This document shows, one piece after another, positions 47,301 through 60,585 of a stretch of DNA of 64,000 bases (within the stretch, counting starts at the first letter, position 1; each line of letters begins with the position of its first letter). The notes beneath the pieces were generated by a model. It had not been told where the DNA came from. It did no database searches and worked only from the letters and a program-made list of their open reading frames with translations. The stretch spans positions 42,250 through 106,249 of the IMG/VR virus record IMGVR_UViG_3300021400_000028; one strand, given 5' to 3'. Both the position numbers and the translations under genes were made by a program. This DNA is from a virus (taxonomy: Duplodnaviria; Heunggongvirae; Uroviricota; Caudoviricetes).

Positions 47301-50300
47301 TCCTCTACAAGCAAGATTTGAAAATAATTCACTTCTTGATGCTAGAGTTGGTATGAACAAGAAGTCAATTATGATGAGTCTTGACCCTCGTACTGGCAAA
47401 CCGACACTTCTTAAATGGGCGGTTTATGCTCTCGATAATGAAGTTCGTAGAAATGGATATTTCGCTAAGGCTTCTACAGAATTACTCTATAAGAAGATGA
47501 GTAGTGGTGAGATTGATACAATTTCTACAAAGGATCTTGATTATTTAATTCGACACTATGAAGGTGGTTTGATGTATAAAGATTTTACTACTGGAATTAC
47601 TTACAGAGTTACTGGTGTTGAAGATACAGAAACTAGTTATAGGCAGCATCGTGTTATCGTTAAATCTGATGGAAGTACTGAAGTAGCAGACGATAAAGTC
47701 TTTACTAAGGGTACCTTATATGATTTAGATCAATTATTTGGTGGTTGTTGGACTGGTAGTTATAAAAATGGACAGTGAATATATAATGAAGCAAATCTTG
47801 ATTTACTTGAAAAGCTTTTTGTGGCTGCTAGAAAAAAAGCTGCAGTTGATACACGATTTACTACAACATTAAACCAATTAGATCGTTCATTTATCGCATA
47901 CGCTGTTAATAAGTCTGCAATTAAAGTTGGTGCAGAAGCAATTAATCCTTCAAAAAGATTCTCTAATGATGAAAAATTAAGAACTTTCACAATGTCTACT
48001 AAATATGGTGGTGTTCAGATGAATGCTGATCATGAACTTGATTTAGCAGAAGTTACTGAAATGACACAGATGATTTCTGCTTTAACAGAAGACGGTCATT
48101 ATAAAGACATTGTTGAAAGTATTTATCAAGATATCGGTGAAACTGTTGCAGCGCATATGGCTAAATTAAATACTGCTGTAGACGATGTTATTAAAACTGG
48201 TACAGAAGAATCTAAACGAGAGCTTTATAAAATACTTGCAGATTCTTGGATTCGTTCTTTTGAGAATTCTAATAAAGATACAATTGGTATCGCACAAGCT
48301 TTTGTAAAGAGAGCGTCTGAAGCGTTTAGAAATGGTAATTTTGATTTTAGAATTCCATTTAGTGCAGCTACTATCAACGGTTCATTTATTTCAGATGTTG
48401 TATCTTCAATTAATCGTGGTGGTATTAGACATAAATATGAAGGTTTTGCTGGAGTTCTTAATCCTTCTCACGATATGATTATGTATTATCGTGTTTTAAA
48501 TGAAAATACTGGTAAATGAGAAACTCGAATGTTTGATCAATTTGCAGATTTTGCTAGAGGCTCTTTTACTCCTGAAACATTCAATGCTCAGACTGTTAAT
48601 TCAGTACTTGTAAACGGACAGCTGAATCCTCTCTGTAAAGAATCCAATTACAACGATATTAGTTTTGAGGATACCGTCGTAATTACAAAAACTACTGCAG
48701 ATGGTCTTGAAGTACTTGTTCACGATATTTATCCTGATGGAGGTGATCCTGATGCTATTTATTTAAATTCTTTTACAGCTTATGATACTGTAAAACGATA
48801 TTTGAGAAACAACGCCGGATGTAAAGTATATATTCATACTGGACGACCTAGAAATCTTGCTGCTGGAAATGTACGATTTAAGGTTGATAATAGATGATAT
48901 TCTATTTATGATTTAGATTCTGTTCGATGCTCTCAGTATTTAACCAAAGCGTTAAATAAAGCTTCTAAAGCTAAATCTGGAAATATTGAACAGTTCTTAT
49001 CTAAGGAACAATTAGCAACCATTAAACAAACTCTCGGTTATAATTATACTCGTTTAATTGCTGATGATAGTAATAGAAATGAAATTTATAATCGAGTGAT
49101 GAGTTTGATTAAGAAACTTAATGCTAAAACAGAAATCACTCTTAAAAATATTGAAAATGGCAATAGAATCGATAACAGTGAAGCGTTTATTACAAGACGT
49201 TTGGAACGGTTAGATATCGATGGCAATGTAATTAATCTAAATTCTTTCCAAGCAGCTCTTGCTTTAATGGGTCCTAAGAAACAAGTTGATACTCAATCGG
49301 CCATTGAACTTATTCAAGAAAATGTAGAGGACGCTACGGATTATAATCCTGTTACACATTCCTCACTAATTGCTAATTGATTAATATCAATTCTTCAAGA
49401 CCCTACAGTACTTTCTGAAGAAACCATACCAATTGGTTTAAATGCAACTGCTAGGCAAAAAGTAGCAGAAGTGCTATACACAAATCAAGAATTTGACAGA
49501 CTTTCTAGAAAACAAAGAGAGTTTCCTGATGAAGTTAAAGTTTCTACTTTAGCGGAAGCATATAATGCTGTTCAAGACGCTTGAACTGATTTATATGATT
49601 ATATTGCAGATGAACATCTTACAGGTTTACATTTTGAACATATTGTTCGTAAAATAGCTAGAAATGAACAAACCGTTCCTTGAGATACTTCTGTTACAAC
49701 TACTGATTATGTAGTAGATGCTCCTGAGATTATAATGGGTAGATATCAAGGAGAAAAATTTGGAATTGGAGAAAATGATCACATTTATCAAATTAGTGAT
49801 TATCACTACTTTGAAGACAAATTATATTCTAAATACAGTCTTCCCGATTATACAGAATCTGAATTATTCGATGCAATTCTTTATGGTAATAACGAACAAT
49901 TCTTAATAAAAATTGGTGAATTACCTGAAGAGTTATCCGGCAGAATCTCTGAAAGCACTGATTTTACTGAAATTGATGGAGACGTCTATTATGAAGGAAC
50001 TAGGATTGGTTCTAATCAAAATAAACGCTTCTTTACATATCTTGATAATACTGGTAATAAACACCACGTCATTCTTGTAAATAATGCTGATACATTCAGA
50101 GAAATTCGTAGATCTGCTTTATTTGATGATGTTATTCGATATAATTGAACGGATGAGAACTTTGATATTCTTAAGAACGTTAAATTTGGAAATAGAGACA
50201 GATTTAGAATTTACTATGACTCTGAACATACAACTGAGGTTTCTCTAGACGAGTTAACGCTTGGAGAGGCTCAAGTTGATGAAACAATCAGACTTGATAA

Positions 50301-53300
50301 GCGTATCAGAAATCAAGCACAAGATATGTATGAGTCTTTTGAAAAACAACTTAACTATGTTGGTGCTCGTATTCCTACTCAAGCTATGCAATCTTTTATG
50401 CCGATGAGAACTATTGCTTGAGTAAACACGTTAACTAATATGGTATACGTCCCTAAGATACAAACGTATCTAGAGGGTAGTGACTACGATATTGATAAAC
50501 TTTACATTCTAGCATATTCGGTTAATAGTAATGGTCTAGTACAAACTGGTTCATCTCTCCAATCTAAATATGGTCTTAGTTTTGTTACAAGTCTGTCAAG
50601 ACCTAATGGGATAACTTATCAAGTTGTAGAATCTCCTGAAGGAGCTTTTACAATTTCAGCTGATACTTTATTGAGATTTAATGAAGATACCCTTTCTAAT
50701 GAAGAAACAGCAGCTCTTTATAATCAAATTTATAAAGAATCTAATGGTAACATTTATTTTGAACCTACAACAACTCTAAATGTTCGTACACGTAATCGTG
50801 TTATTAATAAGATGCTGAATGAGATAAATGGACATGCAGGTTCTGTATTAGAAAGAAATAGTGATCCAAACTATTTAAAAAATAGAATTGTTTCTGCGAT
50901 TTATGATTTAACTACTAAATTACAGAATCAAATGATTGCTCAAATTCCTGTAGATATGGGTGATCCTCAAGAAGCAGCAAAGAATTCTACTCTTGGTAGA
51001 GCAGAAATGCATATCAATTCTGATAATCCTGCTACAAAATTCATGATGCAAGTACAGAATATGATTGGTAAAGAAGTCATTGGTATTTCTGCTGTATCTC
51101 TTAAGGCATTCTTTGGATTATACTATTATTATTCTACATTAAATCAGAATTTAAAAGATGCTTGTACTTATTCAAATCCTGAAACGGATGCTGATACAAT
51201 TATAGAAGCTTTAGATAAATTACTTATTATTCATCCTTTAACTGGTGAAATTACTTCTCTTGCCAATATTGATATTGAACAGGTTCAAGAAATAATTGCC
51301 AATGATAATAGGTTTAGACATCTAAGAGTTAATCCTATTGTTCAACATAAATTTGATGGAAGTAAATGGTATAAAAATGGAGAATTAAATCTTATTGGAT
51401 TCTTAAAAGATTTACAAGTTAGTGTTAATAAAATTGATGCTGCTCTCACTGATAGTGCAGTAATTAGTGCGGCTACTGATAATGCAAAGGAATTAATTCT
51501 TGCAAAAATCAATGCAACACCAGAACTTGTAGATATTTATACTTATTTAACTACTATTGGTACTCCTTTCATGGATATTGCTAATATTATGACCTCTCCT
51601 GCTTTTGGATTTATTTTAAAAGCTGTAGAATCTAATATATTTGATGAAGGTACAGGTAGTTACAAAGCAAAAACGGGTATAGATTGGTTCTTAGATAAGA
51701 AATTACTTCCTGGAGTAGATACTGATTTATTAAAACAATTATTACCTGGTATACCTGAATATTTTGATATTCCAAAATTACTTACGTTAGAGAATATTGA
51801 AAACGCCTTACACCAATTATATGCTTATCTTGAGCATCCTGTTATTTTAGATGATCCTAATGCAGCTGATACTATTAGAGCTCAACTAGATGATCAAGGT
51901 AAATCCGTTAATCGTTTATTTGGCTATGAATATATTCCCAAATTGAATGTTCGAAATGTCATTAAGTACCTCGAATTAGAAAGAGATAAACAAACCTATA
52001 AAGCATCTTTAAGTGAAGATGAAATTAAAAAAATTGAATCTATCTCTGAAATCATCCCCGCAATTGAAGAAATGACAATAATGGGTGGTGCTCAAGGTAT
52101 CAATCAAGGACAACGAACTAATTTATTTGATAATAGAAGTTTTATTAAACGATTAGAAAACTTTATTAATAAAACGGTTGATGCTAAAACTCCTGATGAG
52201 TATAAAAAGAAACCTGATTATAAACCTTCTGATTTTAATTTTAGAACATTTATAGCAGATGAGAATTATAGAATATACTGAATTAATCATTATGATGGAT
52301 TTAAGTATACCTATAATATTCTTGATGCTCTTACAACACTTCCACATTTCTGGGAAATGTTAAAAACTACATATGCTTCAAAGAATGCGATTACTTTATC
52401 TTCGTGAAAGTCAAATGCTATTTGGTCTATGGCTGATATCATTGAAAAAGAATCTTCTGGTAGTTATCTTTCTCAAGACGACTGACGTGCTGGAGAAAGT
52501 TATTTGAACGATTACATGATCACATCTTTCTTGGCCAGTTCTAATATTGAAATTGAAATTCCTGTAGGTGCTAAATATTATAGTGGTTTAGGAATTAAAG
52601 GATTATTAGAGAATAAAGTTAACGGCTATAAGATTAAACTAAATTCTATTTCTAATATTGCTACGTTTAAGAAAATAATGGACGATTATATTATTCCTTC
52701 ATTATTTAGAAATCTTGATTTTGCAGGAAATAAATTTATTGATAATCTTATGCCAATGGCCAGTGTTTCTGGAAATAAAGTTCTTACTGGATGAAAACTT
52801 CCTTTAAATATGATGCTTATCGATGCTTCTCCTAATACGAAACTATTGTGAGCAGATATTATTAACGGCTTTGATCAGATTGCTAATCAGACAGTACCAG
52901 GAGTAAACATGAAGTTAGGTGATTTGTTCTATTTATATAATCTTATTGTAAACAAAGACACCTTTGGGCAATCTTCTTTTACAAGATTATTTGAGAATCA
53001 AGTTAATACAAATAACGAAGAGGCTCTTCCTAATAAATTTAATGAGTTTATTTCTAGGTTGGATAAAGGTGACATTAATTTACCTATTACACCAACTATG
53101 CTTGATGAGATGAAATATAGAATTAAGAAAGCTAATCCTAATTCTAATATTAAATCTCCCATCAGTAAATGACTTGATTTACCTTCTGATTATACTCTGG
53201 ATTTACCTAAATTTTTCCAATTACCTGTTACTAGAGAAAAGGGATATGAAACTGTTCAAGAAACAAGTAGTCATAACATAGGTACTTCTGATACTGATGG

Positions 53301-53967
53301 TTTATTTGCATTAGTTCAAAACTTAGCTCAAATGTATGGTGGTGAAAATCAACCTACCGTAAACCTGATAACAGATGATGATTTAATAGATCTCCCTACA
53401 GCAGCTAAAAATGCAAAAGCCTTTATTTTAGATGGTAATGTTTACTTTAATGTTAATTCTGCTCATATGTCGGATGGTTTACATGAGTTATCTCACCTTG
53501 TATTAGCGGCAATGAAATTCAGTGATAATCCTGAAATTAGACAGCAATATTACACTCTCGTTGGTAAAATGAAAGATCGTAGTATTGTATCAGAAGAGCG
53601 CTTCAATAGCATTGTAGATAAGTATAAGAATGGTGAAGAAGATATTCTCATAACCTCAGATATATTAGAAGAAGTTTTGGCGAATGAGTTTGCTTTCTGG
53701 CTTGAAGGCGAAATTTTCGAAAATAACCCTTTCTTAACAATTGATTCTGAAAAGAATGTACTAAAAGCTATTCAGAACATGTTAAATATCGATAAAGATT
53801 TACAGTTAAAAGATATAGAAGGTAAGACACTAAATGAGATTTTGCAAGCTTTTGGTAAAGAATTACTCAATACTACAGTGGTTGATTCTCAATTTATCTT
53901 ACGTAGTCAAAGAGTTGGTGCTAAGAAAGTACAACTTTATAAGGATGAAAAATTAAAATGTAAATAG
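44326..53967 (+). CDS. Virion RNA polymerase (crAss-type fused beta/beta'-like) with C-terminal zincin motif, 3213 aa
   Basis: GARIPTQAMQSF...EGSDYDIDK with DxDxD catalytic motif at 50482-50496; SSDGSG and NKSAIKVG motifs; HELSH (53482-53496) plus EEVLA; one frame from MACNY to KLKCK* (TAG). Confidence 0.88.
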
Positions 53968-53968
53968 T

Positions 53969-56900
53969 ATGATTTGTGAAAAAGGATATAGTTTAACGCT
54001 TAAAGATGGTTCTATACGTACATTTAATACTGATTTAGAGCTTGATGCTTTCTTAGATGAACAGATAAGATTACATCCTGGTAGTGTCGATACTTCTGAA
54101 TTTCTTACAGAAGCTGTAGACTTTCAAAAAGAACCTGTAAAGATACTTGATGAAATCGCTTCAGCGGTTTCATCAGTATCTAGAAAGGTTGAATCCATGC
54201 CTAATAGTGATGATCCTGAAGATATTGTCTCTTATAATGTTATAGATGGTTCTATTGGCGTAAATCGGTTTCTTCAGAAATTTAAAGTTCCTTCTGAAGA
54301 TGAACTTTTTGTGCAACCTTTTAATAAAGAGGCTTGGAAAATTCGTAGAAAAGAAGCTTTAAAACAGGATTGTATATCTGCTGGAATGTCGATTATTGAA
54401 GCAGAGAAAAAAGCAGAACAGCTTGTTGCTGTAGAAGAAGGTACTTGGGAGAGATACTCTAAAACTGGTGAAGAAGTTCATAAAATTTATGAAATGGTCT
54501 TTAAAGAAGAGGCTTATGAAAGACCATCTGATTCATATCTTTCTGAAGCAATCTTTAATAATGTAAGACAACAAGCAGTTGCATTAAAGCAATCTTTAAA
54601 AGAGAAATATGGTTCAACTGCTAAATTCTATACAGAATTTGGTATTATTTCTAAGACTCTTTCTAATGAAATTATGGACCAGCTTAAACTTGCTGGATAT
54701 GATTCTATTAATGGTAAGATTGACTTACTAGTACTAGATCAGTATGGTAAAGCACACGTATATGACTTTAAAGTATCTCGTAAAGATGTTGGTGATTGGA
54801 AAGGTAATTTCTCCAAAAAACATTGGGATTACGCTAAAAAGAAAGCCGCTGCACAACAATTGGCGTTCTATTCAAAAATTCTTGATCAATATGGTATTGA
54901 TGTTACATCTGCTCATATCGTCCCTATTAAAGTAGATTATACTTTTGAAGACTCTACTCACGAAATTGGTATTAAAAACTTAGTTGACATTGAAAGACAA
55001 CAAGAAATTCTTATTCCTGATGTTCTTTCTGGTAAATGAGCTGAACGTGCTAAAGAAGTTTTTCCAAGTGAGTTCACTTTAACTGGTGATCAAATTACCG
55101 AATGAGCTCGTCAATTTAATCAATTATTTCCTTCACAGTCTGTCATGAAATATCGAGAAAATCACAATCGTGATGTAGACTGGTATTTCAATAATAAAGA
55201 TTATACACAAGAGATTCTTCCTAGTGATTCTCGTTACGCAGATGGGTATCGTTTTACTTTTTGGAAGAAAGGAACTAATCGTAAAGTCGCAAAAGCTAAA
55301 ACAGAAGAAGACCTTCGTGGCATTATTGAAGAATATATTGAAGCTCTGTCATCGAAACGTTCTGATACCTGTATAGACGTTGCTAATAGAATTAAAAGTG
55401 TTCAACAAGGAAATCTTACTCTTGATGCTTTTGCTGATTTTGTACCTGCTACACAAACTGAGTGAGTAAAAACTCAATTTAAACGCTATTTTGATGAGCA
55501 TTGAACTTTTAATGAAGATGAAACATTAAATGCAAACGGAATCTTTATTTTTGAAAAAGGTGGTGTTTGTGAGATTGTTTCTATTTCTGAAAACCCTTTG
55601 TTTAATGTTATCAATCTTGGTATAGGAACTTCTATTTTAGGAGCTACTACAAGAGACATGAATGTGAATAAAGTTAAAACTTTTGAAGCTTCATATGGTA
55701 ACATCGGTCTTATGGAAGTCATGCTATATGTAGCACAAAATCAAGATAAATTTAGAACGAGAAAAATTCAACAAGTTAGGGTTATAAATCCTTCTCAAAA
55801 CCAGGAAGTTTCTGCACTAAACTCTGAATTGCTTGATAACTATGCACAACTAAAACAAAAAAATCCTACAGTTGGTTTAATTGATATTGATTCAAATGTT
55901 TTTGTAGAAGATGTTAAAGCTCTTATTGAAGGTGCTAAATCTCGTATGATGTCAATTGATCCTGACGTTTTAGGTCAAATAAAAATTAGTGATAGTGAAG
56001 AAATCTCTGATTATTTAAATAACTGTATGAGTGCTTTAAAAAGAGCTTATTCTAATTTAAATAATTGAGCTGATGACAGTAAAATTTCTATGGGAAATCC
56101 TGTCTGGCAAGCTTATATGTTTTTAAGACAAGCATATAATTCTTTAAAAGGTGTTTCTAGTCATACTGAAAAAGACAAAGGTGCATACTGGCAAAAAGGT
56201 TCTGGACCAAATGGTACTATGATTTCTTCGTTGCAATACTCTCCTTCAACTAACTTACGAGAACTTGGCAAAATTGTTGATGAATTCTCAGCAGAAGTAA
56301 GTAAGCGCTGTTATGAAAGAGGTTGAAAAGCACAACAAGCTTTTAAAAAATTATATAATGCTCGTGGTAATGGAACAGAAGTTTTTAGAAGTTGATTCAG
56401 AACGGATTCTTCTGGTAAAATTGATGAACGTCTTCTTTTACTTGACCCTAATTCACCTGATTTTAAAGGTTCTCCTGCTGACAAAGAAGCTCTTACTATT
56501 TTCTTGGAAGAAATAAATAAATTAAGATTTCCTAGTGATAACGAGGCTGACATTGAAGCTAGAAAAGCATCTCTTCAGTATTATGAATTACCTTTAACTG
56601 AAGCAAAAACAGTTGGACAATTAAAAAACGGAGTTAATATTGTTACTGTTGCAAAGAATAAATGACAACAATTTACAACCCTTACTAAAGATGTATTTGC
56701 TGAAGATGAAGAAGATGTTCTTGAACATAATAGTTTAGGTCAACAATTGTACAACAAGTTTGATTTAACTTCTGGTGCAAGAAGACAAAAAATTGAAAAT
56801 CATGGAGGTATAGGATATTTTGATTTAAATTGTGAACGTGTTTTCAACCAAGTTCTCTTAGCTTATACTAAATCTGAAGTATCTAAAGATTTTCTACCTC

Positions 56901-58462
56901 TTGTAGAAGGTTTGCGATTAGGAATTGCATACCGTAGTTCTTACGGTGGAGCGGAAACCGATGACCTTTTAAAGACTTTTGATAAAGCTGTAAAAAGTAA
57001 ATTCTACGGACAATCTATTATTCCTAAAGAGTATCAAGGAATTTACAAATATTTTAGCTTTATAAGAAATGTTTTTACTAGAATGGCACTATCTTTAAAC
57101 TTTACATCCTTCTTTAGAGAAACTCTTCAAGGTATTTATACTGGACTTTCTAGAGCAGGCGTAAAAATGCTTCCTGGTGTAGATGAGAAAAATTACATTA
57201 AAGCCCTTGAATATGTGATTAAAGAATCTCCTAAGAACTTTGAGGGAGTGTCAAAACTACAACAGTTAAATATTCTTTATAAAATGGCTAATCAATCTAT
57301 GAGTCAAATTGCTAATGGGCGTAAGTTAAATTGAATGAATATCAATAACTGAAGCTCTGATACATTGTTCTTGACTGCTACTGCTCCAGATTTCTTGCAT
57401 CGAGTTTCCATTCTTGTTGCTAAAATGATGGGAGATGGGTGTTGAGATGCACATAGTTTAGATGCTGAAGGTAAACTAGTTTATGACTTCAAAAAAGACA
57501 AACGTTTTGAACATTATATTGCTAACGATACTTCTCACAAAGACTATTTAAAAGAAAAGTCTCTTTATCTTAAGATGATTGATGAGTTTAATAAGCAAGG
57601 ATATAATCTAGAAGAAGGAGATAATCTTCCTCAAGCTTACACTCAAATAGAAGCGTCTTCTATTAAAAACTTCGGTGATTTACTTTATGGACATTATGAT
57701 GAAGAATCTAAATCTTTATTCTGTGATACCTTTATAGGAACATTCTTTATGCAATATAAAACCTTCTTAACTTCTAAGCTAGAGATGTGAACAATGCCCC
57801 AAGGTGTTCACAATACGGAATTACTTACTCAACAATTTGATCCTGAAACACATGAAGAACTTTATCAGGTAATTGAATGGGATGAAGATAGACGTCCTCA
57901 TAGAAATATTGTAAAAAAATCGGATTTAACCGAAGAACAAGCTAAAACTGCTACATTGTATTATGACTACGAAGGTATTCCTTTAAATGGTCTATTACAG
58001 GAGAGTTGGAGATTCTTGAAAGATATTGGCACAATGAATCAGGAAGACTTAAATGAACTTTGGAAAGATCCAACTCATAGAGGCCTCTTAATGCTAGCTC
58101 TTCACGATCAATTTGTAATGATGTTAATGACCTTATTGGTGACATTCTTAACAGGTACAATGGCAGATGTAAATGAGCCCTTAAACGAATCTAAAGTTCG
58201 TAATGCAGTACGTAATATGGGACCTGTAGAACAGTTAACTTATAATGTTGTTTGAGGTTCATTACAAGATTCTCAATTTCATAATATACTTGGTAACTTT
58301 GCACAGAACCCACCTATGGTAACGCAAGTAAGTAAGTTCTTAAAATCTAGTTGGCAAGTTATTGCTGGAGATCATGAGTTACCTTATGCTTTAACACAAA
58401 ATGTTGGTATGATTCGTAATTTCCAAGGTATTGCTTTAAACGCTGAAAAACTAGCAGAATAA
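53969..58462 (+). CDS. Giant virion protein with PD-(D/E)xK (RecB/Cas4-like) nuclease domain, 1497 aa
   Basis: GEEVH...TEFG...GKIDLL...YDFKVS...QQLAFY motif series (DFK 54764-54772); seven track fragments in one frame; TAA 58460-58462. Confidence 0.78.
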
Positions 58463-58503
58463 AAAATAAGCCCCTTACCGCGTAATGCAGTAAGGGGCTT
58501 TAT
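58461..58503. terminator. Bidirectional terminator at the strand switch
   Basis: AAGCCCCTTAC-CGCGTAATGCA-GTAAGGGGCTT between convergent gene blocks. Confidence 0.85.
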
Positions 58504-58740
58504 CTAACATGTTGACATTTGTGAAGTTATGCTATTATTTAAAATTTTATATGAAGGTATTGTAACCGTATCTAAATACTTACTTCAATCAACAGATTTC
58601 TCTTGCTTATTACATTCTTTTAAAGTTTCATTTACTGCAACCATTTCTGCTTTAAATAAATCATTTAAAAGAACATATGCTTCTTCTCCAGTAATCAATT
58701 TATTATCAATTAATTTAATTACTATTTCTTTACTAGTCAT
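58504..58740 (-). CDS. Hypothetical protein, 78 aa (1 TGA=Trp)
   Basis: MTSKEIVIKLIDNKLITGEEAYVLL...; ends TAG. Confidence 0.6.
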
Positions 58741-58891
58741 ATGGTTCTAATTCTATATCAATTGTATCTTTTTCACTATATTCTTTTTCTAAATCATTAA
58801 GATAATACTTTTCTCAAGCTTCGTCTTTTGAATTAGCTTCAATTATAAAAAATTCTTTAAAATTACCGGATTTAGTAAGTTTCCACAACAT
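58733..58891 (-). CDS. Hypothetical acidic protein, 52 aa (1 TGA=Trp)
   Basis: MLWKLTKSGNFKEFFIIEANSKDEA-W-EKY...; overlaps both neighbours as in a coupled operon. Confidence 0.55.
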
Positions 58892-59579
58892 TCTTTACAC
58901 TATTAAATAAATCTTCAATTGAACCGTCGTTGTCAATTATAATATCATAACGATTTTCATCTAGCATTTGTTTCATTTCTTTTTCAGATTGATGTTGTCC
59001 AAATGTAGCAGTAGGTCTATTTACGTATATTAATAATCCTCCATTACTTTTAATTGCTCTAGCTTCATTGATAAATCTACAATCAGATATGATGGTTTTA
59101 TCTGTGGCGTGTCTTAATGTAGAATTAATTCAAACATTTTCTCCAAAATAGGTACGACATATATTTGTAGCAAAGAATTGCATTAATTGACGAATTGTCA
59201 AATCATAATGTTTTATTGTACTATCTAACTCTTTTGCCATTTTATTAAATTTAGAATCCGATAGTAAATATTTATCTTTGACGTAAGCAGAATAATGATA
59301 ATCTAACGATTCTAAATCTATACAATAATCTTCTTTAAACGTTCTATCATTAAATTTTTCTACTGGAGTATTTAATAGAACAGATAACATTTTTTTCATC
59401 GGGTCAGCAAAAGCCAATACTTTTCAAGATTTATGAAATAATTTACCAAATCTTTTATATATTCAGTATTGTCTAAATATTTTTGGAACACTTAGACAAT
59501 ACTGTAACATATTTGTAACCTCTGTTTTCCCAGAATTTTTTACTCCAGAAATACCAATTAAACTAGGATTTTCAAACAT
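58872..59579 (-). CDS. Deoxynucleoside monophosphate kinase (T4 gp1-like P-loop), 235 aa (TGA=Trp)
   Basis: LIGISGVKNSGKT (P-loop), AFADPMK, ISDCRFINE, DNDGSIEDL. Confidence 0.85.
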
Positions 59580-60585
59580 CTGGTATAAATTTTAAGTCTT
59601 TTCAATAATCGTTTGGATTTGCTTTAAGAGAAGCCTCATATTCTGGATATTTCACATTAAATAATTCTTGTGATAACTGAATATCATCATTATCATAAAC
59701 AATGTCACTTTCTTGAAGATTGTTCATTAATCAATATGTTGGTCAACATCCAGAAATACCCATCATTTCTTTAAGCATTTTTGCAGTTACACTATTGCCA
59801 CCATAATAAGAAAGCGATCAACATGTACGACGATCACTACTACATCCAGCTAATAATAATCGAAATGACAATCGATATTTAGTTAAATTAAATCCAGCAA
59901 CCATATCAACCCCAAGTTTTACAATACTTTTATCGGTTGATTTTAACATATCTCACAGAGAAAGCATATCATCAATCGTTGGCTCTTGCAATGAACTGTT
60001 TATTTGATCAAACAACTGTTTATCTGTAATAAAAGGCATTGTGTATTCTCCATTTAAATATTTAAATAAATTTTCGCAATCGTTTGTGTCAATTGTTGTT
60101 AGTTTACCAGAATATACATGTGTTCAGCTATATATTGCAGGGTCTGATACAGATAAGGCATTTTTCATTACATCGAATGAAGAACCAAATAACGTACTAT
60201 AATTTAAATCTGATATTGCATAATATATTCCGGAATTATCTATAAATATATGATGTGTTTCCATATTATTATGTGTCACCTTATCTTTTACTACAATAAA
60301 ATTGGCTTTAGAAAGTTTTATGCAACGCTTAAAATCAGATACACATAATCTTGTTCTTGGAAAATCAGAACTATCGTCAAAATACAAAGTACTAATTCCA
60401 GGAATAGTACCTTGGATAAAATTTGCATCATATCCGCTAAGGTCTATTTCTGGAATTATTATACTCTTATTAGTATAAGAAATAAAAGTACTACATAGAT
60501 ATTTTTTGCCATTGTTTCAATCGTAATTATCTTTTGAAAACTCATAGCAAATTACTTTATTTCTATCTTTATCTAATCAATACAT
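59563..60585 (-). CDS. Hypothetical protein, 340 aa (TGA=Trp, first at codon 3)
   Basis: ATG TAT TGA...; open to TAG 59563-59565; TAATG overlap with the upstream AAA gene. Confidence 0.65.

Noticed and set aside
44300-53990. Terminal cysteines as split-intein junctions
   Set aside because: No Hint-domain blocks or C-terminal His-Asn at these ends.
304-57000. Most minus-strand and alternate-frame track ORFs (e.g. 304..663, 3486..3812, 8611..9081, 13485..14048, 22177..22509)
   Set aside because: They are antisense shadows of well-supported genes, lack promoters and lack recognisable motifs.
14501-58462. Fragmented ORFs read as pseudogenes, frameshifts or assembly errors
   Set aside because: Fragments of each gene share one reading frame and are separated only by TGA, and catalytic motifs are intact.
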